Position numbers and translations under genes: made by a program
Assembly: GCF_964204865.1 (NCBI RefSeq)
Contig: NC_135258.1
Span: forward strand, 11,718,001-11,782,000
Direction: 5' to 3'
DNA: 64,000 nt
Source of the DNA: Styela clava
Taxonomy: Eukaryota
The notes under the pieces: generated by a model
Seen by the model: the letters and a program-made list of their open reading frames with translations, nothing else
What the model was told of the DNA's origin: nothing
Databases searched by the model: none
Shown here: piece after piece, positions 38,406 through 50,936 of the stretch
How the letters are laid out: each line of letters begins with the position of its first letter
Numbering within the stretch: the stretch's first letter is position 1

Positions 38406-40369
38406 GTTTATGTAATTGTAGAGTTTGTAAAAATAATTGCAGAAACGAAAGACAATAATGAACACCTGAAAAATTGGGACAACTTACTACACCTTTAAAT
38501 AGAGATGTAAACAAAAGTGTGCCAGACTACCTGCAAACACATCAACTCTGTATACAAATACAGTAATAAAAACGCAAATGTATATTCTTGAGTTGTCTAG
38601 CTTCTGGGCTTAAAGACACTGCAAGCACAGCGAAGTTTTAAAATATCCATCAGCACTGGCTGTTAGGGAATATCAAGCGAAAATAGTGAGTGTAAGCAGT
38701 AGGTCAATAGTGTGTTGTTAAATCAATCTTGGTCAGGAATTCATCATTATGAACGCTATCTGAAATCAGTGGCAGCTCTAGGCACTAATACGGGTAGTGT
38801 GTGTATAAATTCTGAAATGTCTTAAAAATAATTGCCTCATTGTGAGTGCAACCTAACTTCAGTTCAGTATGTAAAGTAATACATGAAGCAGTGCTTTATA
38901 TCCCTGTGGAATCCCTGATATGCTTGTTGGTTTAGCACACAGCCCCTATCAATGTATATTCAATTACCCATAAATGTACGAAAGTCCCATATTTCGGTAT
39001 TGGACACTCTGACAATACCAAGAGATGCAGGATATTCAATGACCCTACTGCTATTGCATTTCTATCACAGACTATTACATCATGGCTCCAAGTGGCTCGA
39101 TGAAATATTTATGCCCATTCCAGTGACTTCTGTTTTTATTCTTAATAGCTGTTAAGCAAAAAATATTGTTTCACACAAACAGAAACTCTTACCCAACCCC
39201 ACAGAACACCCAAAACCCCAATTAAAAAGCACTGACAAACTGCATTTTTTACCTCTTCCAGTACTGAAGCATATAGCCCATATTTGTAAAGATGGAATCA
39301 GACCTCCGAGAACACCACACAGAATAACCTATGGAACAGACACCATGGCTAGCAGGTATGCCACCCTGCCAAGCCCGCTTTTTATTTGACCCCTACGATA
39401 TACGTCCTTACACTATATTTCTGTATCACACAGAACTTGATAAAATTGATGAATGTTTATTGCAATACCTCCAATGTCTTTCGAAAATCAAATAAAAATA
39501 TGCAACAGTGATGATTGTGAAATAAAGAATTTTGCTACAACAATAAAACAAAATTGTAATAAACAGAAAACTTTGAATTAATGGATCACATTTAGACCAT
39601 GTTACACCTTTTTTCAGGTAAGAAGGACTATTATTAATTAGAAACTTATTAGCAGTAGATCTCACAATACTGGCTAATCGTCTCAATAATATAGAATATT
39701 ATGAAATAAACAATTTTGTATGAATAATAATTTATAAGAAACAATCATGAAACACCATAATATATAAATATTTATTTTATAACACTGCTAAAAAACAAAA
39801 AAATTACTCGTCATGCCAAAGTACACACATTTTAATAAATAAGAACTCTACAATCAAGAAAACATGCATGCATTTTCAATGGATTGTAAACACGTCTATA
39901 ATAAATTACAAAACAAATTTCAAATTAGTATGGATTGTGTAGTTCAATTAATTCAAATGACATATCTAAATAGGTAAAAGCATCAGGTCATTTGAAACAT
40001 GGGTACTCCCGTATGCATGTTAGGATTAGGTCATAATTTTATCAAGATTTATTTTAATTCTATTACGAGTTCCGGGACTGTTTGTGTTAGCCAAGTGAAT
40101 ATATCCCCGACCCTTTACACAACTTGATGTAAAGTAGGCGAACAAAATTAGTTACCCCCACATCGGTACACATACATTGTTACATATTCTAGAATCTAGA
40201 GAGAACATAACTTTTGTGCAAAGTATCCTATATTACTGGACTTTTGCATACAATCATACACAAACTGAAGTTCAAGCGTTAAATAAATTTCCATAAAAAT
40301 ATATGAGAAAGTTATAGATTCCATTTTTGAAGTCACTCTGTATATGAGTGCACCAATTCTAATTACTTA

Positions 40370-43300
40370 TCAAGATTTAGAACGATTATATATATCTTTG
40401 AGTTCCTGCAGGTTTTCACTTAAAATACAGGCTTCGTCGTAACGTTCAGCAAAAGTCGCTTCATCCACACATTGTGTAATATATTGAATTTGTTGTAATA
40501 ATGGGTCTTCACCAGTGTCGTTTCGTCTTGATGATAAATTAAAACTGTTTTGCGACGACATGCTTGCTACTTCAAACGGGTTTCCTTCTGGAGGTGTAGA
40601 AGGTGTAACCACTGCGAATGCTCTTGCAGTTTGTTGTCTTCTGTATTCAGTTTTCAATTCCTCCATATTTCTTTCCAAACTTTCGGCCTCAGCTTCCATG
40701 CCAGCAGCACGTGCCTGGTATAATGCAATTTCAAAATTAAGAAGAAAACTTTTTATACGATGCTTATTCACAACTTTCGCTCTGTACAAGCAGCCACTGA
40801 TATAAACAATATGTGAGGAACTACTATTTTTGAAAATTGGAATCTTGCCGGTTCAGCATACCCATCCATTGTATTGAACCCTGGGTGACATGGTAGGCAT
40901 GAGATTTGACCCCAAGTTTAACCTGCGACGCCTAAAATCGAAGTTGCTCTTTATTTAACAACCCCTGAGCACTCTAACAGGAGGCCATTCAAATTGTGTT
41001 TTGAACCATATATGACTCCTTATTGACAACTTGTAATATAAAATTTGTAAATAAATTTTCCAATGAGTCATGGCAAAAGCTGAAGTGATGAAAATAAAGT
41101 ATGGATTACTGGATAAAGGAAATATAATCCTTGACATTGAATTCCTTTACCATGTCATAGCATAATTGGAAGAGATTAAATGACAATAGCAACACAAAAA
41201 AAAATTCACAATCACAAGACCATTATTTCAAAGCCCAAGAAATGCAGCATCATAATTATTTACCTGTTTTGCAGATTCTTTTACATATTCTATTTGTTCT
41301 AACAATGGATTCAATGGATCATCAGCATTAGATTCAGCAGCAGAACCATTTCTTCCCAAATCTTCTTCTATAAAAAAAATTTGAAAATTATAAATCCCTA
41401 ACCATAGATTTACATTAGAGAATGGAGATAAATTGTTAAAACTGGCCATTCGATTACTATTAAATCATCAAATTTTGTGCAATTGAAAGTTTTCACAGTC
41501 TCAGTCTGATAAACCCTGAATGACCATTTTCCGAGAAAACATTAAGTAAACTTATGGATAGTTAATTGTGAAAAAAATCAATTTTGTCTGAAAAAATGGC
41601 CAATTTATATATATCAAACACTATATAGAGTTTCCAGTACATAAAAGTGGAATACATATATTCGAGTCCATAGACATCCATTACTTATTTTACCCCAAAT
41701 GTTGCTGGTTTTTATAGTCCATAGGCAAACCCTCTGACATTCGGTACAATTCTATCGACTTTTAGCTGGAATTTTTCTGTCATCTTGATGATGAAGTTGA
41801 GCCACGCACCCATTTATCTGAGTATTGCTTGTACTTTGATTCAAATGTCAAAGCCATGATTTTTTTACATCAATGATTTTACTGCTCTACTTTTTAATTT
41901 AGAATATTCAACAAATATCGTGGAAGTTCTATATCATTAGGCGCAAATACCATGCCATATTGGTATAGTATAAGGTAAAGTGGAAAAAATTATCATAATG
42001 TATCAATTCGCCGGTTTTATTATTTGTAAATACAACTTGCTCACCGTCATCACTTGTGTAATTTAGTAATTTGCTGTGTTTTGAAGAGTTTGATGCAATC
42101 GAAATGGCGTCAGCACTCCAACCAGAATCTTTAACAATCAATACATTCGGTCTGTTATTACTGTTTGAGAAAGTAGAATAAGCCACAGTGTCATTCATTT
42201 GCTGCATCTGAAACAAATTGTAGATGAGATATAGAAAACATTCAGCTCACCCTAAATATAACAGACTAGAATAAACTAGAAGCAGGATTTGAGGTGAAAA
42301 CAACTCAAAATTGAGCTAAGATACTATTCATTTGTCTATACCCGACATGGGCAAACTACGACCTGCGGGCCAAATCCAGCCCGTTGGGTGATTTAATCTG
42401 GCCCGCCTGATGCTGCTCGTGCACTTGCCACAAGTTTCAATTCAGTGCCGACTAAGTTTCTAACGTCCGCATAAATGCTATCTTAACTAAGTTGGATCAA
42501 TCTCAGTGTGTCGCACGAATCGCACAAATCCTTTATGTCACGCCTATATGGTCCGCCAGTCTAATTAGGAAAAAGTTTTGGCCTGTGCTCCACAAACCAA
42601 GCTTACCAAGAATTCAAAAACCCTATGTGACGTACCCATATGTATTTCATGTTGATTCACAGAAGAGGCAACAATTAGAGCCCTATTCCTCCAACAAGAA
42701 TAGAATAAGAGCATATCTATCTGGAGGGAGAGGAAATAAAATATGACCAATATAAACAATTAATCATTACATATGCATAGACGCTAAATAAGGGATATAT
42801 AAGTGACTAGTGGCACACCAACACACATAATCATTTTCTCAATATAAACAGCGTCACTAATATTCCAGCTGAAAAAAAAAAACTGTTGTTTTTGTTTTTT
42901 GTTAATGCCATCAAATATAATAAAAAATATTGTCTTTTTTGTCAAATAAAATTCTTATAAATTGAAGCTTCTTTCAACAAATTTGCTATGAATGCTCTTA
43001 TACATAATTTTTGATCTAGTATAGAAACATAAGATCTCACTTGCTCTTCTTTTCTTGCCCGTTCTAATTCATCCCTCTCTTTTTGTAATCTTTCAACCTC
43101 TTGCTTTCTTTTTTCTTCATCCCGTAATCTTTGTGCTTCTATTCTTTGTTGTCGTAATCTTCTCTCATTTTCCGCTCTTCGCTGAGCTTGCAATACAGTT
43201 AATTTCGGTTGTGAAGGAAGTGAAGGTAAAATAAGCATGTATTCCTGAATATACAAAAGAAAAAGTTGAATAGTAATTAAATAACAGAATAATATGTTGT

Positions 43301-46300
43301 ATAAAAGCTAAAGTAACACAAAAATTCCTAAAATAATATTGAAATTTCAGAATGGCTGATTTCAACCAACATTTTTTTTTAAAATGGTAAAAATCATTGG
43401 TGTGGTACTGTGATTAAATAATGTGATGATTTCCATAAAATTGTAAAAAATTTATTTAAATTGTGTAGCCACGATCCCAAATGAAGTTTACCCATGCCAA
43501 TGCTGGAGAATACGAGCTGTAGAACAGTGGCTAGTTCTAAAATTTTCATTTATGACCCCCTTTTCAAAGACTCTTGTGGCCCCGTTCTTAACTTACAATA
43601 CCTAGTTTTTCTCTTACTGTGTTGTCATCAAATATTTTATGTGTTACGTTGAATAATGAAAAATCAACAATGAAAGTAGAGGAAAATGCATAACAGTAAA
43701 AGAATTAAACAAATCGCTATCCGCTTCATAGGCTCTTTGCATATACTTACTTGCAAAAAGCCACATGCTGCACGCCGAATAGATGTTTGCAATTTGAGTT
43801 CACCCTGTGTTGGAGGATCATCTTCATCTTGTGTATCAAGTGCTGCAATTTTTTTACTTATAACATCTACTGCTTCAAACATTTGCATTAATCGAAGTCT
43901 TTTTTCAGTTGCTGCATCAAGTTTATATTCTTCTTCACCATTGCTGAAGATTATGAGACACATAAACTAGAATCAGAATACCACTAGTATGTATGTACGT
44001 TTATTAGTATCGTAACAGTAAGAAACATACCTACTGGCCTACATACTGGCCTGAACAAAGATGTGCAGCATGCACCTTTCTTGATGAATATTAAAAAAAA
44101 GTCAAATATGTGTATAATACGGTAACTCGTACAGACAGTTGTGCAGAAGGGGAATTGATAGCTGGAGTGTGGGTGGAGTAACAGGGTTAACAGTGAAATA
44201 TACAAAACAGTTTGTACAAGAGAGTCTATAATACATAATATTAAAACTTTGAGTGAAAATACAGCACCCGTAACATGTAGCGCGTAAATACAGTGATATA
44301 ATTTAGGTTGTAAGAGGTAAATGTGCATTTCTTGTGCTTATGAGCCACTCAAGGGTGGTTGTATAAACAAGTTGACTATTAACATTATTTAAATCAATAT
44401 GCCTGCCTTTTCATATTTTTGAAGCCCTCTCTCGAGTATTGGAGAATGAGTAATAACTTGACTGAATGGGGAAAAATAAAATATTGATTTGCTTAGTTTT
44501 ACAAATTAATTATGTACATACTTTAATGATTCAGCCATCTTTTGAAACTCTGGAGATGAATTCACTGCTGACTCCATAGCTGTCTGCATTTTCTGAAGAA
44601 AGATAATTTAGAATAATAACTGTAAAAATCTTTATGGTATTCTACATTAGTGATCTTAAAATATATGAAATCCATTGTGTAGTTTAGATTTTTGAAGTAT
44701 ATATTTTAAAAATACTGTAAATCATACATTTCAAAGAACTGATTTTAACAGAGAACGAAGTATCAAATAGTATGATAATCAAATGGCAAAAAAACATCGC
44801 GCAGGGAGTGATAGCATCATAGACAGCAAGATTTGAAAGTCTGAGTCAGAGCTTAACTTGTTTTCATTGGAGCCAGAGCTGATTTCAAAACTCCCCCGAG
44901 TCAAGATTTAGAACTTCAAGAAGGGAGGAAAAGTGTGAATTCCCGACTTCCAATGCTGATAATCACAAATTGATCCATTTCGAATAAAAAAATCAAAAAC
45001 ATCATCACCTAATTCGTCAGCAGTTTAATGGTACATGTTTTAAGAATTTTTATAAAATAAACTACACAACAAAAGATGATTCTGAAATGTTAGCTGTTTC
45101 AAAAATATATATTGATTTGAACAAAACGAAAGGAGCAACTTACCTTGTGCAATGTGACCAATAGTGATGGATTAAATCTTCGATCAAGTCTTTCTTTATT
45201 ACGTTGAAGAACTTTGTCACATTCGTAACAAATTCGAACGAATATTTTTTCAATTTCTTCATCGGGTATATTATTTACAGATTGTTGAAGATTATTACGA
45301 TAAGCACGAGTTGGAGATTGTATATTTGTGTTGTTAATTTGCTTTATCAATTCCTCTGGAAATGAAAATCAATAAAAGTGAAGTCAAGAAATTTCATTAA
45401 TTTTTTATGTACAATTTGCTCTTGCCAAAACAACCTTTTCCCCAAACCAGTGTAGAAATGCACTGCAAGTGTTTCATTTCAAACCTTGCATATCCTGATT
45501 TTAATTTGGTTGCTCATAACTTCATATTGTTTAACATAAGGTTATATCGAGTGAGTTCTGACCTTGTTTTGAGAAATCCTACAAGCTACAAAGATTACGT
45601 ATTCTACAATTTAGAATTTGAAATATGCTCAATATAGCCAGACTTACAGAATTTTGGAGCCAGTGGCAAAAGTCATTGAAACATAAAATAAACATGCAAC
45701 TTAGAATTATCAATGAATTCTGTTTAATCTATGCACTATCCCAATGAGATCTATTTTTAAATTAATAAGATTGTAAATGCAGTTCTTCAAATTGTAAAAT
45801 TTAACTATTTTAACATAGAATTTCGATTCATGACAAAATTTGACAATGCCAAGATTTTTCATAAGATAGATCATTCAAGTCATCACGAGGAAAAATTAAA
45901 CTATGAGCCATACCAGCAACAAGAAATGGTAGAAAGATAGAACATTTTGTACACATGATGGCACCACAGAGTCTGCAGTGATGTTTTCTTCTTGCAACAT
46001 TAAATTTATCTCCACAGGTAGGACAAAATGGAACATCTTCGTCTCGAACCCAGGGCACCAAACTTTGTTCAAATGCTGAATTTATAAATTGTAAAATGGG
46101 TGAATACAAAAAGTTTTTAGTAGTTGAAAATAAAAGACTGTTATATATTACAGAAAACAAACGAGACAAATTCAAGTTCTACCTTTGGATTGTACACTCA
46201 TTCATCCAACAACTTTTTAAACATTTCGCAATAAATAGAAAAACTATCATTTTAATAGGTCAATATTTCAAATAAGTCAATTAATCTTGGTATTACATTG

Positions 46301-49300
46301 TATTGAATAATATGAATGAAATAAACATACAAAATACAACTCATTTATATTTGTATATAGTGCCATGATGGAACAAAAAACTTCACAACAAGTATGAAGT
46401 GTACCAGTGAGAAAAATTTTAACACTTTGTTAGACAGTTGATATCATCGAAACACATTAAGAATGCAGAGGCTAACAAGCTGTTCATCTAATAAAAAATA
46501 AATTAATATATAATTATTAATATATTAATATTTGGTAAATTAGAGAAAAATTATTTCATGCAAAATGTGCTATCCAGCCAGTGTTAACTTCATTTTATAT
46601 ACAAAATTAGGATTTGAGTGAGAAGCATTGAAGATATATTAACATGAGTTTCGAACAAAAACTAAACACATAAAGTTGATTGATTGGATAAAAACATGCA
46701 GTCATGCATATTACCTTTACGTTTACCAGGATCCGTTTCATCCATTTGCAAAAGCTAACAAACAAACAAACGAACAAAAGTGAAGTTTAATAATAACTAC
46801 TGCAACGAAGTGAAAAATTTTAATCCATTAAAAATGTTGAGAAAAATTAAAAAAAAAGTAGCGCAGCAGAAACATGCAAAGAAAACAGGTTGTTCGACAT
46901 AAAACATAAACGATTAAAGCGAACACTTATCCAATTTGTGCTAATAAATCATGCCTTGTAAACACCATGAAGAGTAGCATGCATAAAACTATGTCCTATA
47001 ATAACAAATAACCTTTGTGATTACGTTTTCCATTAAACCTGACTGGTTTCAAAAGCTGCAAAATTAAGGATAGACATATCCTCATTTACCATAATGCAAT
47101 AATATTAGAGATGAAAAAAAATGACGCATGACAATTTTGAGAATAGTAACATAAAACATGAAATATATCTAGATTATGATGATAGAAATTAGAGAAAGTT
47201 GAAATCTAATGCCAAAAACATAAAATTCCACATATGCATCATCGTTTTTTCAACTATTCCATTACTAAATTGCTTTTCTGTGAAACTTTAATTTAATGCA
47301 TCGCATATATCATGATGGACTTTACAGTGAGACATTATTGTAGGATACAAGACAATACAGATATAAACATCCACACTAGGAGAGCAAGACAACTGATTGC
47401 CAAATGAACTGTAATTGCCACAAAACTACGGTATATATTGTTTCCTGAGTTACTTATGTTTGTAAATTGTAATCCAATGATTTCATTGATGTTTTGATCA
47501 CACTCACCACTACAACTAAGGTATGACAAATGGTAAATGGAGATGAGAAAACAGAAAATAAACTAAGAACATTGAAAAATTGGTAGTGGGATATAAGGCC
47601 AAAAGGTAAAAATTGGCCAAATGTAATACAGAATAAAACAGAAAATACTTAATCCTTAAACATTAAAATTATAAAAAAATTTCCATTTAAAATATAATTT
47701 TCCAAAAATACAATTGGAAATCTATGTATGCCATAATTGTCACAAAATCTGGTCTCAATAAATTTAATTTTACCTCCAGCCCTAAATCCCATAAACTTTA
47801 TATAAGAGTTTCAAATATCAGACGTGTATGACTGCAATACAATTTTACTATTTTAATAAAAAAAATTTGCACAAAATGAATTAGTTTTACTAACCTTTTC
47901 CAGTCGAATAACTATTTTATTCGTTTCAATGACGACTCTGTCAATTCTTGCATCCCTCATAGATTTAAATTTATCAATATGACTTTTAGTAACACCTGAA
48001 AAGCATTGATGAGTAGATGAAAACACGAATGAATAAGCGAAAAAAAATATGGCTGTGGAGTCAGTATCTGGAAGTAAACATTGGGAGTTAAAGCTGAAGT
48101 CATGTTTTTAATCGTGCCAAGACAAAAATCCATAATTTTTATGGTGGTGATCGAAGTCAGATTACAAATGGAAACCTGAAAAGCATTAGGCTGACTAAGC
48201 AGTCTCAATAAACAATTAAACAGATTGTGTACATTGAAGTTTTCATGGTTAAAATTGAGATGGAATCTGGGGTTTTGAGTAACAATTTTTTTAATTTACG
48301 GTTTGGGGCCCAGAGACAAAATTTATTTCATCCAGATGTCACAGCAGAAGTCGTTTTTTAAACATCTCAGAATTTGTAGTAGAGTAAAAAGTTTTCCACG
48401 ACGCAAAAGCCTTTAAAAAAAAATAGGGCACGGAAAACTCCGAAACTGAATAAACAAAATTTTACACTACTGTCAAGTATTCGTACAACCTCAAGTACAT
48501 TAATCATAGAATGCAGTAATATATTGCATGACTCAAATGTGAAAATAGAGAAAAGTAAAATATGTCTATCTTCATTCATTTAATACCTAATTCTTGAGGT
48601 TCCCAAAAAGCTGGATCTACAAACGATAAACTCCTGTTTGATGATGAGGATTGAAAATTTGAAAATGGATTTCGATCATCATCCTCTTCATATTCTCTTC
48701 CTAATAATTTATCTTTGGCTTTGGAAAACAGGCCTGAAAATAGCGATAAATTATGATGAAAATGAATAGTAAGATATTTAAAAAGGTGAATACTGAAGAG
48801 ATTTTATATATATATATATATATATATATGCTACATTGAACAAAACACCAAAAGCATTACTATTCAAAAAGGATGTAATGTGAAGGTGAATATCCAGAAA
48901 ATTTTCAAATCGAACATGATTGGGCATATCTGTTCATCTCAGGATGATTTTTTCAGCAGAGTTAATACAAGTCCCAAAGTCACGAGTTAAGACTGGTCGT
49001 ACGATTCTCAAGTCAAGTTCAACTGGCGGTTAGTTGATTATGAGTCCCGGTAAATGGTGACTGAAATCAAGTCAATGACTCAAGCCTTAATCACACTGGT
49101 TGTCAGATATCAACAGCCCAGCACCAACGACTCAGCAGTGGCAGAAATAAACTATGCCATGACATACGATTGATTTGTAAAAATGAGGCATATACCGGTA
49201 TATTTGGAATCGGCAATTGGCATAAGGAGGGAAAGAGCGAGTCTATATTTCACAAACAACATCAACACTAATGAATAATGTATTACGATATTGAATATAA

Positions 49301-49761
49301 AAGCCACATTTTCAGATAATATTGTTCCATGTCATTATGTGGGTCATTCCGCAAGACTGATGAAGGGGCTCTTAAATCCCGACTTGCTATGTTTCACTGC
49401 GATATGGCGTTCACTCTCAGTACGGTAATCATTTAAGTTGACAATACAAATATTATATACCGAGTTTACCAGATCAGTAGATAAAGAAATAAATAAAAAA
49501 TGAACAACAGCATGAAAAGTCACCTTTAACAGATCAAAGAAATGATAATAGATAGCTTTAAAGTTTGGGGTGTTAGTTTCATTTACCTCTGATTTGGCTC
49601 ATAACAGCCTTATCTTCATTAGAGTGTTCTGATTCAAAATGAGACTGTAGATTATGAAAAGACTGAAGATCCTGTAAACACATTGGACATAGAAAACCCT
49701 CCATTACAGAATCCCCTTCAGTCGAATCCATCCCACTACCAGAAGGCGAAAACGCCGCCAT
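40370..49761 (-). CDS. RBSN: Rabenosyn-5 (FYVE-finger Rab4/Rab5 effector), about 12 exons
   Basis: ATG 49761; N-terminal C2H2 finger EGFLCPMCLQDLQSFHNLQSHFESEH; RVVIETNKIVIRLEK; FYVE domain WVRDEDVPFCPTCGDKFNVARRKHHCRLCGAIMCTKC and VRICYEC; coiled coil; two Rab-binding repeats (NPLLEQIEYVK, DPLLQQIQYI...LSENLQEL); NPF motif; stop at 40370-40372. Confidence 0.94.
48805..48829. repeat. (TA)n microsatellite
   Basis: About 12 TA units read directly. Confidence 0.9.
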
Positions 49762-50936
49762 AAACTGATAAAGACAAAAATAATGCAAAATCAGAAGAAA
49801 TCGATAAAATCCCCGAAAACCAGAAGGTGATACTTCAACTCTTTTGCGCCCTCTCACGATCAGACATAAGGCAAATATCATTTGCAGTGACAGTGTAGTG
49901 GCAGTTCATCAGAGATGGAGGCACTGGAGTACCGTACGGGAGTCATTTTCTTCCAGAATTACCGTAAAGTTCAGGTGAGTTGAGGAATTGTAATGAAAAA
50001 TTAATGTGAGCTATTGACAGGAAAATAGCTTTAGAAATTCATATAGAGTGTTATCGAGAGGTGTGCCATTGACAAAATGTAATTAAAAGATGAATGAATG
50101 CCGGTGAACATTGCACAGTATTTATTTTATGTCTGTGTACGGTATGTAGAGTGCCAACAGACTGCTGAACTAGTACGGTACGTTAACTTCTATGCGGAAA
50201 TGAGATACAATTTTTGCCATATGATGTTTATATATATATATGTTTGGTATGGAGGTAAAGTGGAGAAATATCGAAATCTGTGTTCTCGGTTGTCATAATA
50301 TGCAGTTTCCAGGTTTCTGACTTTTCACACAAATGCGTTCTCATAGCATACCGTAGGCTGGTAGGTAGGTATCTAAATGACAAACACATTCTTAGTCTTC
50401 TTGTATACCAGTAAAAGCATCCAAATCGAAACAGAAGCCTCAGTCTAAAGTAAACTTCGTAACTCTGTAACTCCTCTTAAAATAATGCCAAAAAACAAGT
50501 AGTGGAAGTTAAATGAGTACCAAAACTGCTTAAATAATGCCTAACAAAATTGTGATGTGAAATTTTGATGTTTTTTTTTTAAAAAGTATGTCTGGCACGG
50601 AATGAAATTTTTGATAAATGCCAGTTCACCAAATAGGTTATCAATAAGGTTCCACGTGAGACACTTATTTTTTGAAAAATTGAAGTTTGGGCTGCATTTT
50701 CACATTACATTTTTGTTTTACGATATGTAAGCAGTTATTCAAGGCGGTATTTAGGCACTTACGGCGTGTACTTTGCTAGGCTCGTTATATGATAATATTA
50801 TTAAGTTACGCGATCTTGCACTTGTCCATAATGCATTGTATAAATATGCTTATCCGGATTTTAAAATTCTTAATATTTTTCTAATCAATTCTCTAGATGT
50901 CACTGTAGATTTATAATAATTAAGACATGTTGGAAA
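49762..50936. promoter_or_regulatory. Probable bidirectional RBSN/PCSK7 promoter, with a predicted PCSK7 5'-UTR intron (~49974-50896)
   Basis: Head-to-head ATGs 1.18 kb apart; strong + strand donor CAG|GTGAGT at ~49971-49979 and acceptor TTCTCTAG about 40 bp before the PCSK7 ATG. Confidence 0.5.
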
